NCBI GenBank assembly: GCA_045863855.1
Contig: BTVV01000018.1
Coordinates: forward strand, 1,745 to 65,744
Length of the DNA stretch: 64,000 bases
Direction of reading: 5' to 3'
From: Planctomycetota bacterium
Lineage (GTDB): Bacteria; Planctomycetota; SZUA-567; H5-PLA8
The notes under the pieces are model-generated. The model did no database searches, was not told the origin of the DNA, and saw only the letters and a program-made list of their open reading frames with translations. The position numbers and the translations under genes are program-made. This document shows, piece after piece, positions 18,268 through 26,966 of this stretch. Position 1 is the stretch's first letter, and each line of letters begins with the position of its first letter.

Positions 18268-21200
18268 ATGGGCAAGAAGTCCGAATTACCTTCGATCGTT
18301 CCGCATCACATCGCGTTCGCCGCGGGCTGCAGCTTGCTGCTGGCCGCCACGTTCTACGCGTTCGTACAGGATTACTCCGACCGCGAGTACGTGGAATACC
18401 AGCAGCAGTACCGGCAGCTCGAATACGTCCGCCAGTGGCGCCAGCGCGAGGATGTCGAGGAAGAACTCGGCGTCAACCGCATGCGCCAGCTTGAACAGAT
18501 GCAGAAGGTGCACGAGCTGGAAGGCGCGGAAGCCCAGAACAAACCGAAGCTCGACGAGATTCGCGCGAAGGTGGCCGGAGTCGATGCGCAGCTCCAGTTG
18601 CTCAAGCGGCAGCTCAATTTCGCCGGCACCGACGTGGACGTGCGCAAATACGAGTACACGGCCGCCGCGGAGCCGGACAAGGACGCCAAGCTTGAAGTGG
18701 TCGGCGCACAGCAGAACCTGCGCATGGAGCTTTTCAACAAGGTCGCCGAACTCGAGAAAGAGCGCACTGCGCATTTGGACGAGATCAAACAGATCGAAGA
18801 ACCGCTGGTGCGTGCGCGCAAGGAGTTGGCGGCGCTCGTGGCGAAGGAAGAAGAACTGAACCTCGCCTTGAAGCAAACCAAGGGCAATACGGTCATCAAT
18901 GCGTTGCGCGACATGCCCGGCGCCGACTTCATCGGTCCGAAGTACAACCTCAACGACCAGATCATCCTGCGCAACCTGCCGCTGGACGTGAAGTTCGAAC
19001 TCACGGCGGCGCGCTACGACCGCTGCATTTCCTGCCACAAGGGCATCTACAATCCCGATCCGATGTACAGCAAGCAGGCGTATGACGAACAGATGAAGGA
19101 GATCGAGAAGCTGGAAGCGGCGGGGAACGAGGCCGAAGCGAAGATCCTGCGGCAGGAACTGGTTCCGGCCGTTATGCGCTCGCACCCGCGTCTGGATCTG
19201 TTCGTCAACGCCAACAGCCCGCATCCGGCAAAGAGTTTCGGCTGCACGATCTGCCACAAGGGCCGGCCGATGGGCACAAGCTTCATGCGCGCCGCTCACA
19301 CGCCGCGCAACGAAGAGCAGAAGCACGAGTGGATCGAGCAGTACGGCTGGTCGGAAATGCACCACCACTTGCCCAGCGTGCCGATGTGGGACGACATGAT
19401 GCTGCCGATGCAGTACATCGAAGCGTCCTGCAAAAAGTGCCACCAGGGCGTCGACCACGTGCCTCAGGCGGCCAAGCTGAACGCGGGCATGGATCTCTTC
19501 CGCGAACAAGGCTGCGCTAACTGCCATATCGGCGACACGAACAAGGATCTGGCTTGGGTCGGTCGCGTAGGCCCCGACCTGCGCCGCTTGGGCGAAAAAA
19601 CCAGCTTCTCCTGGACCGCTCAGTGGATCGAGAACCCCTGGCACTTCCGGCCCGATACCAAGATGCCGCGCTTCTTCGGGCTCGAGAATCGCCGCGACAG
19701 CGGGGATCAGCTTCAGAACGGCCAAGTGGACCGCGAAGCCGTCGAGGTCGATGCGATGGCCACGTACCTGCTTAGCGCCAGCAAGCTGCGCGAACGCGCG
19801 ATTCAGGTCGCGCCCGCGGGCGACACGGCGAAGGGCGAGGCGCTTTTCAAGAGCGTCGGCTGCGTGGGCTGCCACAGCACCGCCCAGGCGCCCAAGGAGG
19901 GCGACCGTTACGCGCACAACGAACACGGTCCGGATCTCAGCCGCATCGGCGAGAAGGTCAGTTCCGGCTGGCTTTACGCATGGCTAAAAAATCCCCACGA
20001 GTATTGGGCCGAATCGCGCATGCCTTCGCTGCGCTTGAGCGATCAGGAAGCCGCCGATATCGCTGCGTACCTGCTGCAATCCATGAAGAAAAGCGAACCG
20101 TTGCGCGGGGGCGAACCGAAGTTCGGCGAAGCGGTGTACGACGAGCTGATCACGAACCTGCTCGAAAACACCACGCCGATGTTCCAGATCAAGCAATTCC
20201 TGCAGGATCCCGAAGGACTGGTGCGCCGCACGCTGAAGAACAAGGTCAAGTACGTCAACGATGCCGGCACGGATAAGCCGCGCGACAGCGGACAAGGCGA
20301 GTGGACCGAAGCCCAGATCGACGCCGTAATCAAGGCCATGGACAGCATGGCCGGCAGTCCGGCCAAGGCGGCGGTCTACAAGAAGGCGTTTTACGCCGGC
20401 CAAGCGATGATCCAGCAGCACGGCTGTTTCGGCTGCCACAACATCCAAGGCTGGACCTACGCACCGCTCACCTGCGTCAATCTGGACGGCGAAGGCGACA
20501 AGGCGCTGGACCGCTTCGACTTCGGGCTCCACGACCAAGTCGGCATCCCGTACACGCGCTGGGACTGGTTCTATGTGAAACTCACCCGTCCGCGCGCGTT
20601 CGACCGCGGCAAGGAACCGATCCTCAAACCGGCCGACCGTCTGCGCATGCCGTGGTACGGACTTAAACGCGACAGCCTTCCGGCGGCGCATGGGGCCAAG
20701 CCATCGGACGATGGCCACGAACACGGCAAAGACGGCGAACATAAACACGCCGCGACGGAGATCGCTCGGCGCGCGGCGGGCGGAGGCCATGGCCCGGTCA
20801 AGAGCGCCGAAGCGGTGGCGCTGGCCAACGAAGACGAGAGCCGAGAGGGCGGAGCGGGCTTCACGCACGAACAGGTCGAACAACTCGTCACCGCGTTGCT
20901 CAGTTTCACGTCGGAAGCCATACCTCAGGAGATGAAGCGAAAACCCACGCCGCGTGACATCGCGCTGGACCGCGGCGAACGCGTCGTGAATGCATTGAAT
21001 TGCGCCGGTTGCCATCTCATCGGCACGCAGCCCGCACAGCTCCAGACCGATCTTGCCAAGCGCGGACTCCTGCTGCTGGAGGCACTGGTCACGCGCGAAG
21101 CTCAAGGCGCCGCGAAGAACCTCGGCGTCTTCAGCGACGAGGACATTTTCTCTCTTAACGCGCCCGGCATGGACGCACCGGGCTTCCTGCACTTCGGGCG

Positions 21201-22398
21201 CGGCACGTACTACTCAGAGGCTACCGTTCCGCTGGTGCTTTCCGAGAAGAAGGTGCGGCGCAGCGAAGTGGACGCATGGGAAGCTCTCGATTTCCGCCTC
21301 GAACGTAAAATGCCGGAAGTACCCGACGCCGAGAAGGCAAACTGGGTCGAATACGGTTCGCTGGTCACGGCGGAACGGTTCGCCAAGCTGACCTCGGCTT
21401 TCTTCGACGAGAAGGAAGCAGCAGCCGTTTACGCGAAATACAATAAGCGCTTCGTCGACAAGCGCGCTTACGAACGGCTGGCTGGCACCCAGGCCTTTAA
21501 CCGCCCCGAACTTCGCGATAGCGCGCACTACATCGGTTCCGTGAAGCTGGCCGATTTGAAGGCGCAGCGCCTGTATTACGATCCCGTCGAGTTGAAGGTC
21601 CGCTGGACCAAGGGCGAAGGCAAGATCGTCGCGCACATGATCGACTTGGCCAAGCAGATTAAGGGCGAGACGGCCTCCCAGCAGGATGCGCCGCCCAGCC
21701 TGGCCTTCGAAGGCGGAAAGGTACACCCCGACTGGCTCTACAACTTCTTCCATAATGTGGAAGATCTGCGCCCGGGCTTGGCCATTCGTATGCCGAGTTT
21801 CTGGAGCCACGGCGGGGCCAGCGATTACAAGACCGTTTATCCGGCCGGAAGGCGAGCGGCGGTGGACAACTCCAAGCGCCCCGAGGGCGTGAACGGCGAG
21901 CCGTACGCGCCGCCTATCGGCGATCTGGGTGACGACGCGAAGGAACTCGTCGATTACTTCGCTGCTTTGGCGAACGAGCCGCCTTACGGCTACGTGCCTG
22001 TACCCTCCTTCACCGAGGAGTCGCGCAAACGGTACGAACAGGGATACCAATTGCTCTTCAGCACCGACAAGGGCGGCTTGGGCTGCAACCAGTGCCATGC
22101 AGTGGGACAGTACAGCCCCAAACAGCCCGTCGGCCCGAATCTGGCCGTTGCCAAGCGCCGCTTTAAAGCCGAATGGCTGCAGCGCTTTATGACTTACCCC
22201 GCCTCGATGTATCCGTGGACCAGCATGCCGGCGAACTTCTACGACTGGACCAGCTACGAATACAAAGCCACCGATCCGTTGCGCGGCCTTAAGAGGGATC
22301 CGGCCGAGCTAAAAGCCATTGCCGATAAGCTCAAGGCCGTACATTTCTACCTCCGCCACAGCGGCGAAATGGAGATCGGAGCCGGCGGCGAACCGTAA
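18268..22398 (+). CDS. membrane-anchored octaheme c-type cytochrome (1376 aa) with an N-terminal coiled-coil region
   Basis: Eight CxxCH motifs (CISCHKG, CTICHKG, CKKCHQG, CANCHIG, CVGCHST, CFGCHNI, CAGCHLI, CNQCHAV). N-terminal TM helix. ~200 aa heptad-rich segment (residues ~40-230). Immediately downstream of the Rieske gene. Confidence 0.85.
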   Translation: MGKKSELPSIVPHHIAFAAGCSLLLAATFYAFVQDYSDREYVEYQQQYRQLEYVRQWRQREDVEEELGVNRMRQLEQMQKVHELEGAEAQNKPKLDEIRAKVAGVDAQLQLLKRQLNFAGTDVDVRKYEYTAAAEPDKDAKLEVVGAQQNLRMELFNKVAELEKERTAHLDEIKQIEEPLVRARKELAALVAKEEELNLALKQTKGNTVINALRDMPGADFIGPKYNLNDQIILRNLPLDVKFELTAARYDRCISCHKGIYNPDPMYSKQAYDEQMKEIEKLEAAGNEAEAKILRQELVPAVMRSHPRLDLFVNANSPHPAKSFGCTICHKGRPMGTSFMRAAHTPRNEEQKHEWIEQYGWSEMHHHLPSVPMWDDMMLPMQYIEASCKKCHQGVDHVPQAAKLNAGMDLFREQGCANCHIGDTNKDLAWVGRVGPDLRRLGEKTSFSWTAQWIENPWHFRPDTKMPRFFGLENRRDSGDQLQNGQVDREAVEVDAMATYLLSASKLRERAIQVAPAGDTAKGEALFKSVGCVGCHSTAQAPKEGDRYAHNEHGPDLSRIGEKVSSGWLYAWLKNPHEYWAESRMPSLRLSDQEAADIAAYLLQSMKKSEPLRGGEPKFGEAVYDELITNLLENTTPMFQIKQFLQDPEGLVRRTLKNKVKYVNDAGTDKPRDSGQGEWTEAQIDAVIKAMDSMAGSPAKAAVYKKAFYAGQAMIQQHGCFGCHNIQGWTYAPLTCVNLDGEGDKALDRFDFGLHDQVGIPYTRWDWFYVKLTRPRAFDRGKEPILKPADRLRMPWYGLKRDSLPAAHGAKPSDDGHEHGKDGEHKHAATEIARRAAGGGHGPVKSAEAVALANEDESREGGAGFTHEQVEQLVTALLSFTSEAIPQEMKRKPTPRDIALDRGERVVNALNCAGCHLIGTQPAQLQTDLAKRGLLLLEALVTREAQGAAKNLGVFSDEDIFSLNAPGMDAPGFLHFGRGTYYSEATVPLVLSEKKVRRSEVDAWEALDFRLERKMPEVPDAEKANWVEYGSLVTAERFAKLTSAFFDEKEAAAVYAKYNKRFVDKRAYERLAGTQAFNRPELRDSAHYIGSVKLADLKAQRLYYDPVELKVRWTKGEGKIVAHMIDLAKQIKGETASQQDAPPSLAFEGGKVHPDWLYNFFHNVEDLRPGLAIRMPSFWSHGGASDYKTVYPAGRRAAVDNSKRPEGVNGEPYAPPIGDLGDDAKELVDYFAALANEPPYGYVPVPSFTEESRKRYEQGYQLLFSTDKGGLGCNQCHAVGQYSPKQPVGPNLAVAKRRFKAEWLQRFMTYPASMYPWTSMPANFYDWTSYEYKATDPLRGLKRDPAELKAIADKLKAVHFYLRHSGEMEIGAGGEP

Positions 22399-22427
22399 GC
22401 CGGTATCTCGGTCCAGGCGGCACCCGG

Positions 22428-22461
22428 CCCCGCGCGGACGCTCTCCGCGCGGGGCTTTTTA
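22428..22461 (+). terminator. rho-independent terminator after the octaheme cytochrome gene
   Basis: Inverted repeat CCCCGCGCGG / CCGCGCGGGG with 7-nt loop, followed by CTTTTTA. Confidence 0.5.
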
Positions 22462-22527
22462 TTGGCGTAGCGGCGAAGAAGCGGCGCGTCCGGCGCGTCT
22501 GAACCGGTACAGGGGCGAGGGGAGCGT

Positions 22528-23379
22528 ATGAGCGCCGGATTGCGAATCGGAGGGGTGCTGCTCGCGATCGCGGCATCGAGCGCGTGGGCGGGCGAGGACC
22601 AAGCCGCGCTGGCCGGAACCGTTCGCTTCGAAGGCGAAATACCTGCGCCGTACCGCTTCGATCTTTCCGCCTCACCGCGCGATGTGCCGGTCTGCCGCGG
22701 CGATAACGCGGAAGCATTCAAGTCTTCCAAGCGCCTGCAGGTGCATCCGCAAAACAGAGGAGTGGCGAGCGTCGTCGCGATCCTGAGCACCCTCGACGGC
22801 AAAGCGCCTCCCGGCGCGCCGCCCTTCCCCGCCCCGCGCTCGGTGCTGCTCGACCAAGTGGCCTGCGCCTACGTGCCGTTCGTCACCTGGGTCGAAACCG
22901 GGCAGCCGCTCCAGATCCGCTCCAGCGATAAAACACTGCATAACGTCCACGCCTACAAGGACCGCATCGGCGGCGAGACGCTATTCAACATCGCGATGCC
23001 CGTGCAGGGCCAGACGATCGAAAAGAAGTTCGCCGATCCGGGGCTGGTCGCGCTCGCCTGCGACGCGGGGCATAACTGGATGAGCGCCTATGTTTTCGTC
23101 GTCGAAAACCCCTGCATCGCGGTCACGCCGGAAGACGGGAGCTTCAAATTCGAAGGCCTCGCACCGGGCGAATACAAGCTCACCCTCTGGCAAGCCGGTT
23201 GGAAGGTGACGCCCGTGGGTACCGACCCCGGCACGAAGAAGCCGCGCGGGTACGCTTATTCCGAACCGCTGGTTCTCGAACGCACGGTACGCCTCAAGCC
23301 CGGCGCCAACGCGCTGGAGGCGGTGCTCACGTCTGAGGGCTGGAAAGAACCCGGCGAAACATCGGCGGTCGAGAAGTAA
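22528..23379 (+). CDS. secreted cupredoxin-like protein (paralog of 15882-16757)
   Basis: Signal peptide. TLHNVHA then ACDAGHNWM (C-x3-H-x2-M). C-terminal GEYKLTLWQAGWKV aligns with GKYTVTAWHEKLKT of the paralog. Confidence 0.5.
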   Translation: MSAGLRIGGVLLAIAASSAWAGEDQAALAGTVRFEGEIPAPYRFDLSASPRDVPVCRGDNAEAFKSSKRLQVHPQNRGVASVVAILSTLDGKAPPGAPPFPAPRSVLLDQVACAYVPFVTWVETGQPLQIRSSDKTLHNVHAYKDRIGGETLFNIAMPVQGQTIEKKFADPGLVALACDAGHNWMSAYVFVVENPCIAVTPEDGSFKFEGLAPGEYKLTLWQAGWKVTPVGTDPGTKKPRGYAYSEPLVLERTVRLKPGANALEAVLTSEGWKEPGETSAVEK

Positions 23380-23382
23380 ACT

Positions 23383-24660
23383 TTACTCTCGCCCTAGTTC
23401 CGCGAGCCGAAAGCCGATCTGCTCGGCGAGCGTTTCGTTTGATTCGGAGCGCGCCAGTTGTTCGGCGCATTGCAGCGCGATCCAATCCTGCGGGCAGGCG
23501 GCCAAGCCCAGTCGAGCCAGATCGGCGTTGCCGATTTCCAGCCATTTCAGAGGCATCTCGTTCTTTTGCACCAACACGCGCACGCCAGCGGTAGTTACAC
23601 CCACCACTTGGATACGCTCACGCCGTCCCATCACCGGCAAAAAGGACAAGATGGGCCAGCCTGCCTTCGCATGAAGCAGACGCTCGATCAGTATGTTGCG
23701 CTGCGGTGCATCATCCACGGGAGCCGGCGCCTGAGGTTTCGGGGCCGCGGTCTGACTGGAGGATGGCTTGGCTTGCGCCAAGGCAGCAGCAGGCTTCGCG
23801 GTGACGGGCAACAGCGGACCGATGTAGCTCCTGGCCACCACCATGCTGTCTTCGTAACGCTTCTGATCCTTGGGCGACGTCCAATCGCCGCCGAAGTACG
23901 CGCTGTGGTTCACATAATTGATCTTAAGCTTGGCGTCGGTCCTCCAGCGGATTCCTGTGTGCCGGGCCTTAAGCGTCCCGTCGATCCAGAGCTTGAGTTC
24001 CCCATCGCTGGCGCCGGGCGTGTTGGCCTTGAGCATCATCTCGATGGCATACCAGCGCCCGGGCGTCATACTTATCGGCGCACCCTGATTCTGCTCCCCA
24101 TTGCTTCCCCACTTGCCCATATCCATGTGATAGTAGTAAAGGTAAGGGGCTCCGCTGGAATGAAAGCAGACCCGCGCTCCGAATTTATCCGTGCCCGTGG
24201 GCTTGATCCCCGCGCCTCCGCCGGCCGCCAGCGCCGGATCTTGCGTGGCCTGCAAGCCCGGTCCCTTTACGCCGCCGCCGAATTCGTAGCCCATTTCGAA
24301 GCATGAATGGAATCGCAGGTACGCCACATCCACTTCGGCGATCTCCATAAACGTATTCAACGGGACGTGTTTACCTTTCAGGTTCTGGCTGGAAAGACAC
24401 GCGCGGCCCTGAAAAACCAGTTCCGGATCGCGAACCGTTTCGCGATGGGCGCTCTTGCTCCAAGGCGTGGCGACCAACTTCGGCTGATCGCCTTCGAAGT
24501 CCTCGTAAAATAAGACGTCCGAGTGCCGAGCCAGCCCGTCGTCGTTCGCAAAGCTTGCCGCGAGTCCGGTATCCTCGGAGGCTTGCGGGCCTAATGCCGC
24601 AAGCACGGCTACCGCCAGACCGGTACGAGCGATCGACAAACGAATTCGCGAAGGATTCAT
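23383..24660 (-). CDS. secreted protein with β-jelly-roll / polysaccharide-lyase-like (concanavalin-type) domain
   Basis: Signal peptide. β-rich segment (YLYYYHMDMGKWGSNGEQNQGAPISMTPGRWYAIEMMLKANTPGASDGELKLWIDGTL) resembles glucanase/lyase jelly rolls. Fold-level call only. Confidence 0.3.
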   Translation of the reverse strand: MNPSRIRLSIARTGLAVAVLAALGPQASEDTGLAASFANDDGLARHSDVLFYEDFEGDQPKLVATPWSKSAHRETVRDPELVFQGRACLSSQNLKGKHVPLNTFMEIAEVDVAYLRFHSCFEMGYEFGGGVKGPGLQATQDPALAAGGGAGIKPTGTDKFGARVCFHSSGAPYLYYYHMDMGKWGSNGEQNQGAPISMTPGRWYAIEMMLKANTPGASDGELKLWIDGTLKARHTGIRWRTDAKLKINYVNHSAYFGGDWTSPKDQKRYEDSMVVARSYIGPLLPVTAKPAAALAQAKPSSSQTAAPKPQAPAPVDDAPQRNILIERLLHAKAGWPILSFLPVMGRRERIQVVGVTTAGVRVLVQKNEMPLKWLEIGNADLARLGLAACPQDWIALQCAEQLARSESNETLAEQIGFRLAELGRE

Positions 24661-24669
24661 GACGGGGCC

Positions 24670-26925
24670 CTATTTCGGAATGCTCGCCAGCAATTCCAGC
24701 ACGCGCCTCCGCGCACGGTTCAATTCCTCCGGATCCTGCGTGTAGATAAACATGTTAGTCACCAGTCCCTCGCCGCGAACAAGCCGCTCGGCTTCGGATT
24801 TCGCGTCGCCAGAAAGCGCACCGAGCTTTGCCTTGAGTTGCGTGAGCAGTTCGTGATCTTCCAGGCCGTCGCGCAGACACTCGAAACGCAGCGAATTGAC
24901 CGGCTGCCCGTCGTCACCGGGATAAACCAGATAGCCATCGCCCGGAAGCTGCGGGTTCCCGTCCTTCCACGCGGCCAGCATCGCGCCTTCGGCATTGCGT
25001 AACCAGCTTCCGTCCTTGGGCGCGTCCTTCGGCCAGGACGTGAGCTGCCAATACTCGAAGCCGTCGACGTTATAGACGCGGCACAGCCAGCCCGCGATTC
25101 GCGCATCCAACAGCGGATAGTGCAGGAACACGTTGGGGCGCTCGCGCGGCCAGATGCAAAGAGCCCACCACAGCTCTTTTCCGCGTGCCTGCCACACCCG
25201 CGCCTGCTGCTGATCGGACTGCTGGATGTACACGTCCATGGTATCCGCGTGCTCTTTCAAGTCGTCGAGCGTGCCGACCATATTCAGGCACGAGAACACC
25301 TTTACTTCCGGATTCGCCGCCTTCGCGATGCCGTAAACCTCCTTCACCTGCGGCACCATATTGGGCGACGGCTCGTCGATGTTGTTGAAGTACGCCATCT
25401 CCAGCCAGCCCTTCCGCTTCACGAACGCGCCGTATTCGCGCAGAACCTTGGTAAGGTGCGCTTTCCACTCGGGCGTGAACTCTTTTGGGAAACCCCACTT
25501 CCCGGGCTTTGGCGTGCTGGCCAGGATGAATGCATTCAGTCCGCGGTCGATTGCGTAGGTCAGTTTCGCTTCGGCGGCGCTGAAGTCGAAGCTCTCGCCC
25601 ATCGCCGGCAACGTCGGCTTCGTCCAGCTCATGCCCGTGGCGATGTTGCCGATGCCCAGGCGCTGTTGCAACGCGAGGTCCTGATAAGGCTGCTCGTGTT
25701 TGCCCGCGACGCACATGGTCTTCAGGGTCAGGCGCTTGGGCAGCGTCACGGCGTGAACGGTCAGCCGTATGGGCAGCTTCGCCGTATGCCCCGCGGCCTC
25801 CACCAGCAACTCACCTTGGTACAGGCCCGGCTTCGTCTCCGGCGGCACGTACACGCGCAGGTACACCGGCTGGATCGTCCCGGGCTGCACCGCGAATGGT
25901 TTATTCGGCGCCAGCGGATCGGCCCACCACTTCTCGTTCGGACCTTCGAACCACGGCCGCTCCCGCGTCGCGGGCAGATAGGCGACCGGATGGAGCGTCA
26001 GGTTCTCTGCGGCGAACGGCCCCGGCCCTTGCAGCGCACTCGCCGATACCGCGACCTCCTTCAGCGCGTCACGCGCGAAGATCAGCGCCTGCGCGCCTTC
26101 GAACTCGTGCCGCGCCGCGTGGATTTCGATCTGCGCCGCCGCCGGTCCTGCGAACGGAAGCTCGCGCGCCACGCGCCGCACGCCGTCGGTGGCCAGCACG
26201 CCGAACGCCTCCGAACCGCTTTGCGCGGAGGCCCACGCGCGAACCAGCGCATCAAGATCCGCGGGGCCTTTCACGGCGGCTTCGAGCGCCTCGAGCTTCG
26301 CGGGCTTGGGGGCGGTCGCGGCTTTTATGGTCTTGGCCAGCGCTTGCGTCTGCGCGGCGACATGCTTCGCCGCGCCTTCCGTGTCCGGCTCGATCGCGCG
26401 GCATTCGATCTCGTCCAGCATCAACGTTCCGCGCCCGTAGAGATAGAACCAGATTTCCAGCTTGAGCGGCGTGCCCGGCGCGGCGTTCTTGCCCTTCGCG
26501 ATCCAGCGATGCTCGTAATAAGTCCAATCGGAACTGCCGCCGGCCAGGTCGAACTTCTCGCCCCCTCCTTCGCTCGCGGGGCCCTCATAATTCACCCACG
26601 TGCCGCCCTGCAAATTTTCGCACTTTGCCCACAGGCTCACACGCAAGGCCGTGCCGGACGGGACGGTCAGGCCCGTGACGTAGAACTTGCCGCGGTCGGA
26701 CGTGCCGGTGCTCTTTAGCGCCGCCGCCTGGCCGCCGTTGCGCCCCGGCGCGGCCTGGACGGCAAAGGTCCCCTTGTTGTCGTTCCACTTCCAATACTTG
26801 GAGAGTGCGTCGCCCTCGAAATCTCCGCCGGGCACGAGGTTCGGACCGGCCTTTTCGGCCACCTGCGCGAACGCGCCAAAGGCCGCGCACACGCTCAATA
26901 CCACGCCCAGCGCACACCATCGCAT
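24670..26925 (-). CDS. secreted DUF4091 / GH123-like glycoside hydrolase family protein with N-terminal CBM-like domain
   Basis: Signal peptide MRWCALGVVLSVCAAFGAFAQ, so the start is placed at 26925 rather than the ORF start 27111. CBM-like segment (GDFEGDALSKYWKWNDNKGTFAVQAA). C-terminal FECLRDGLEDHELL matches the DG.EDyEyL motif of DUF4091. Confidence 0.5.
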   Translation of the reverse strand: MRWCALGVVLSVCAAFGAFAQVAEKAGPNLVPGGDFEGDALSKYWKWNDNKGTFAVQAAPGRNGGQAAALKSTGTSDRGKFYVTGLTVPSGTALRVSLWAKCENLQGGTWVNYEGPASEGGGEKFDLAGGSSDWTYYEHRWIAKGKNAAPGTPLKLEIWFYLYGRGTLMLDEIECRAIEPDTEGAAKHVAAQTQALAKTIKAATAPKPAKLEALEAAVKGPADLDALVRAWASAQSGSEAFGVLATDGVRRVARELPFAGPAAAQIEIHAARHEFEGAQALIFARDALKEVAVSASALQGPGPFAAENLTLHPVAYLPATRERPWFEGPNEKWWADPLAPNKPFAVQPGTIQPVYLRVYVPPETKPGLYQGELLVEAAGHTAKLPIRLTVHAVTLPKRLTLKTMCVAGKHEQPYQDLALQQRLGIGNIATGMSWTKPTLPAMGESFDFSAAEAKLTYAIDRGLNAFILASTPKPGKWGFPKEFTPEWKAHLTKVLREYGAFVKRKGWLEMAYFNNIDEPSPNMVPQVKEVYGIAKAANPEVKVFSCLNMVGTLDDLKEHADTMDVYIQQSDQQQARVWQARGKELWWALCIWPRERPNVFLHYPLLDARIAGWLCRVYNVDGFEYWQLTSWPKDAPKDGSWLRNAEGAMLAAWKDGNPQLPGDGYLVYPGDDGQPVNSLRFECLRDGLEDHELLTQLKAKLGALSGDAKSEAERLVRGEGLVTNMFIYTQDPEELNRARRRVLELLASIPK

Positions 26926-26966
26926 CGAACGCACTTGGAAGCCCCCCTCTGTGAACCGCATGACGT

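Noticed and set aside
18286-22098. Minus-strand ORFs 18286-19926, 19984-21192, 21214-22098
   Set aside because: Antisense to the octaheme cytochrome c, whose eight CxxCH motifs validate the + frame. Low-complexity Arg/Ala/Val-rich translations.
25120-26718. 532-aa + ORF, and 28798-29766 (+), 31329-32393 (-), 36865-37623 (-) and similar
   Set aside because: All are antisense to genes with recognisable motifs (DUF4091 hydrolase, HemW, Ser/Thr kinase, EtfA). GC-rich shadow ORFs.
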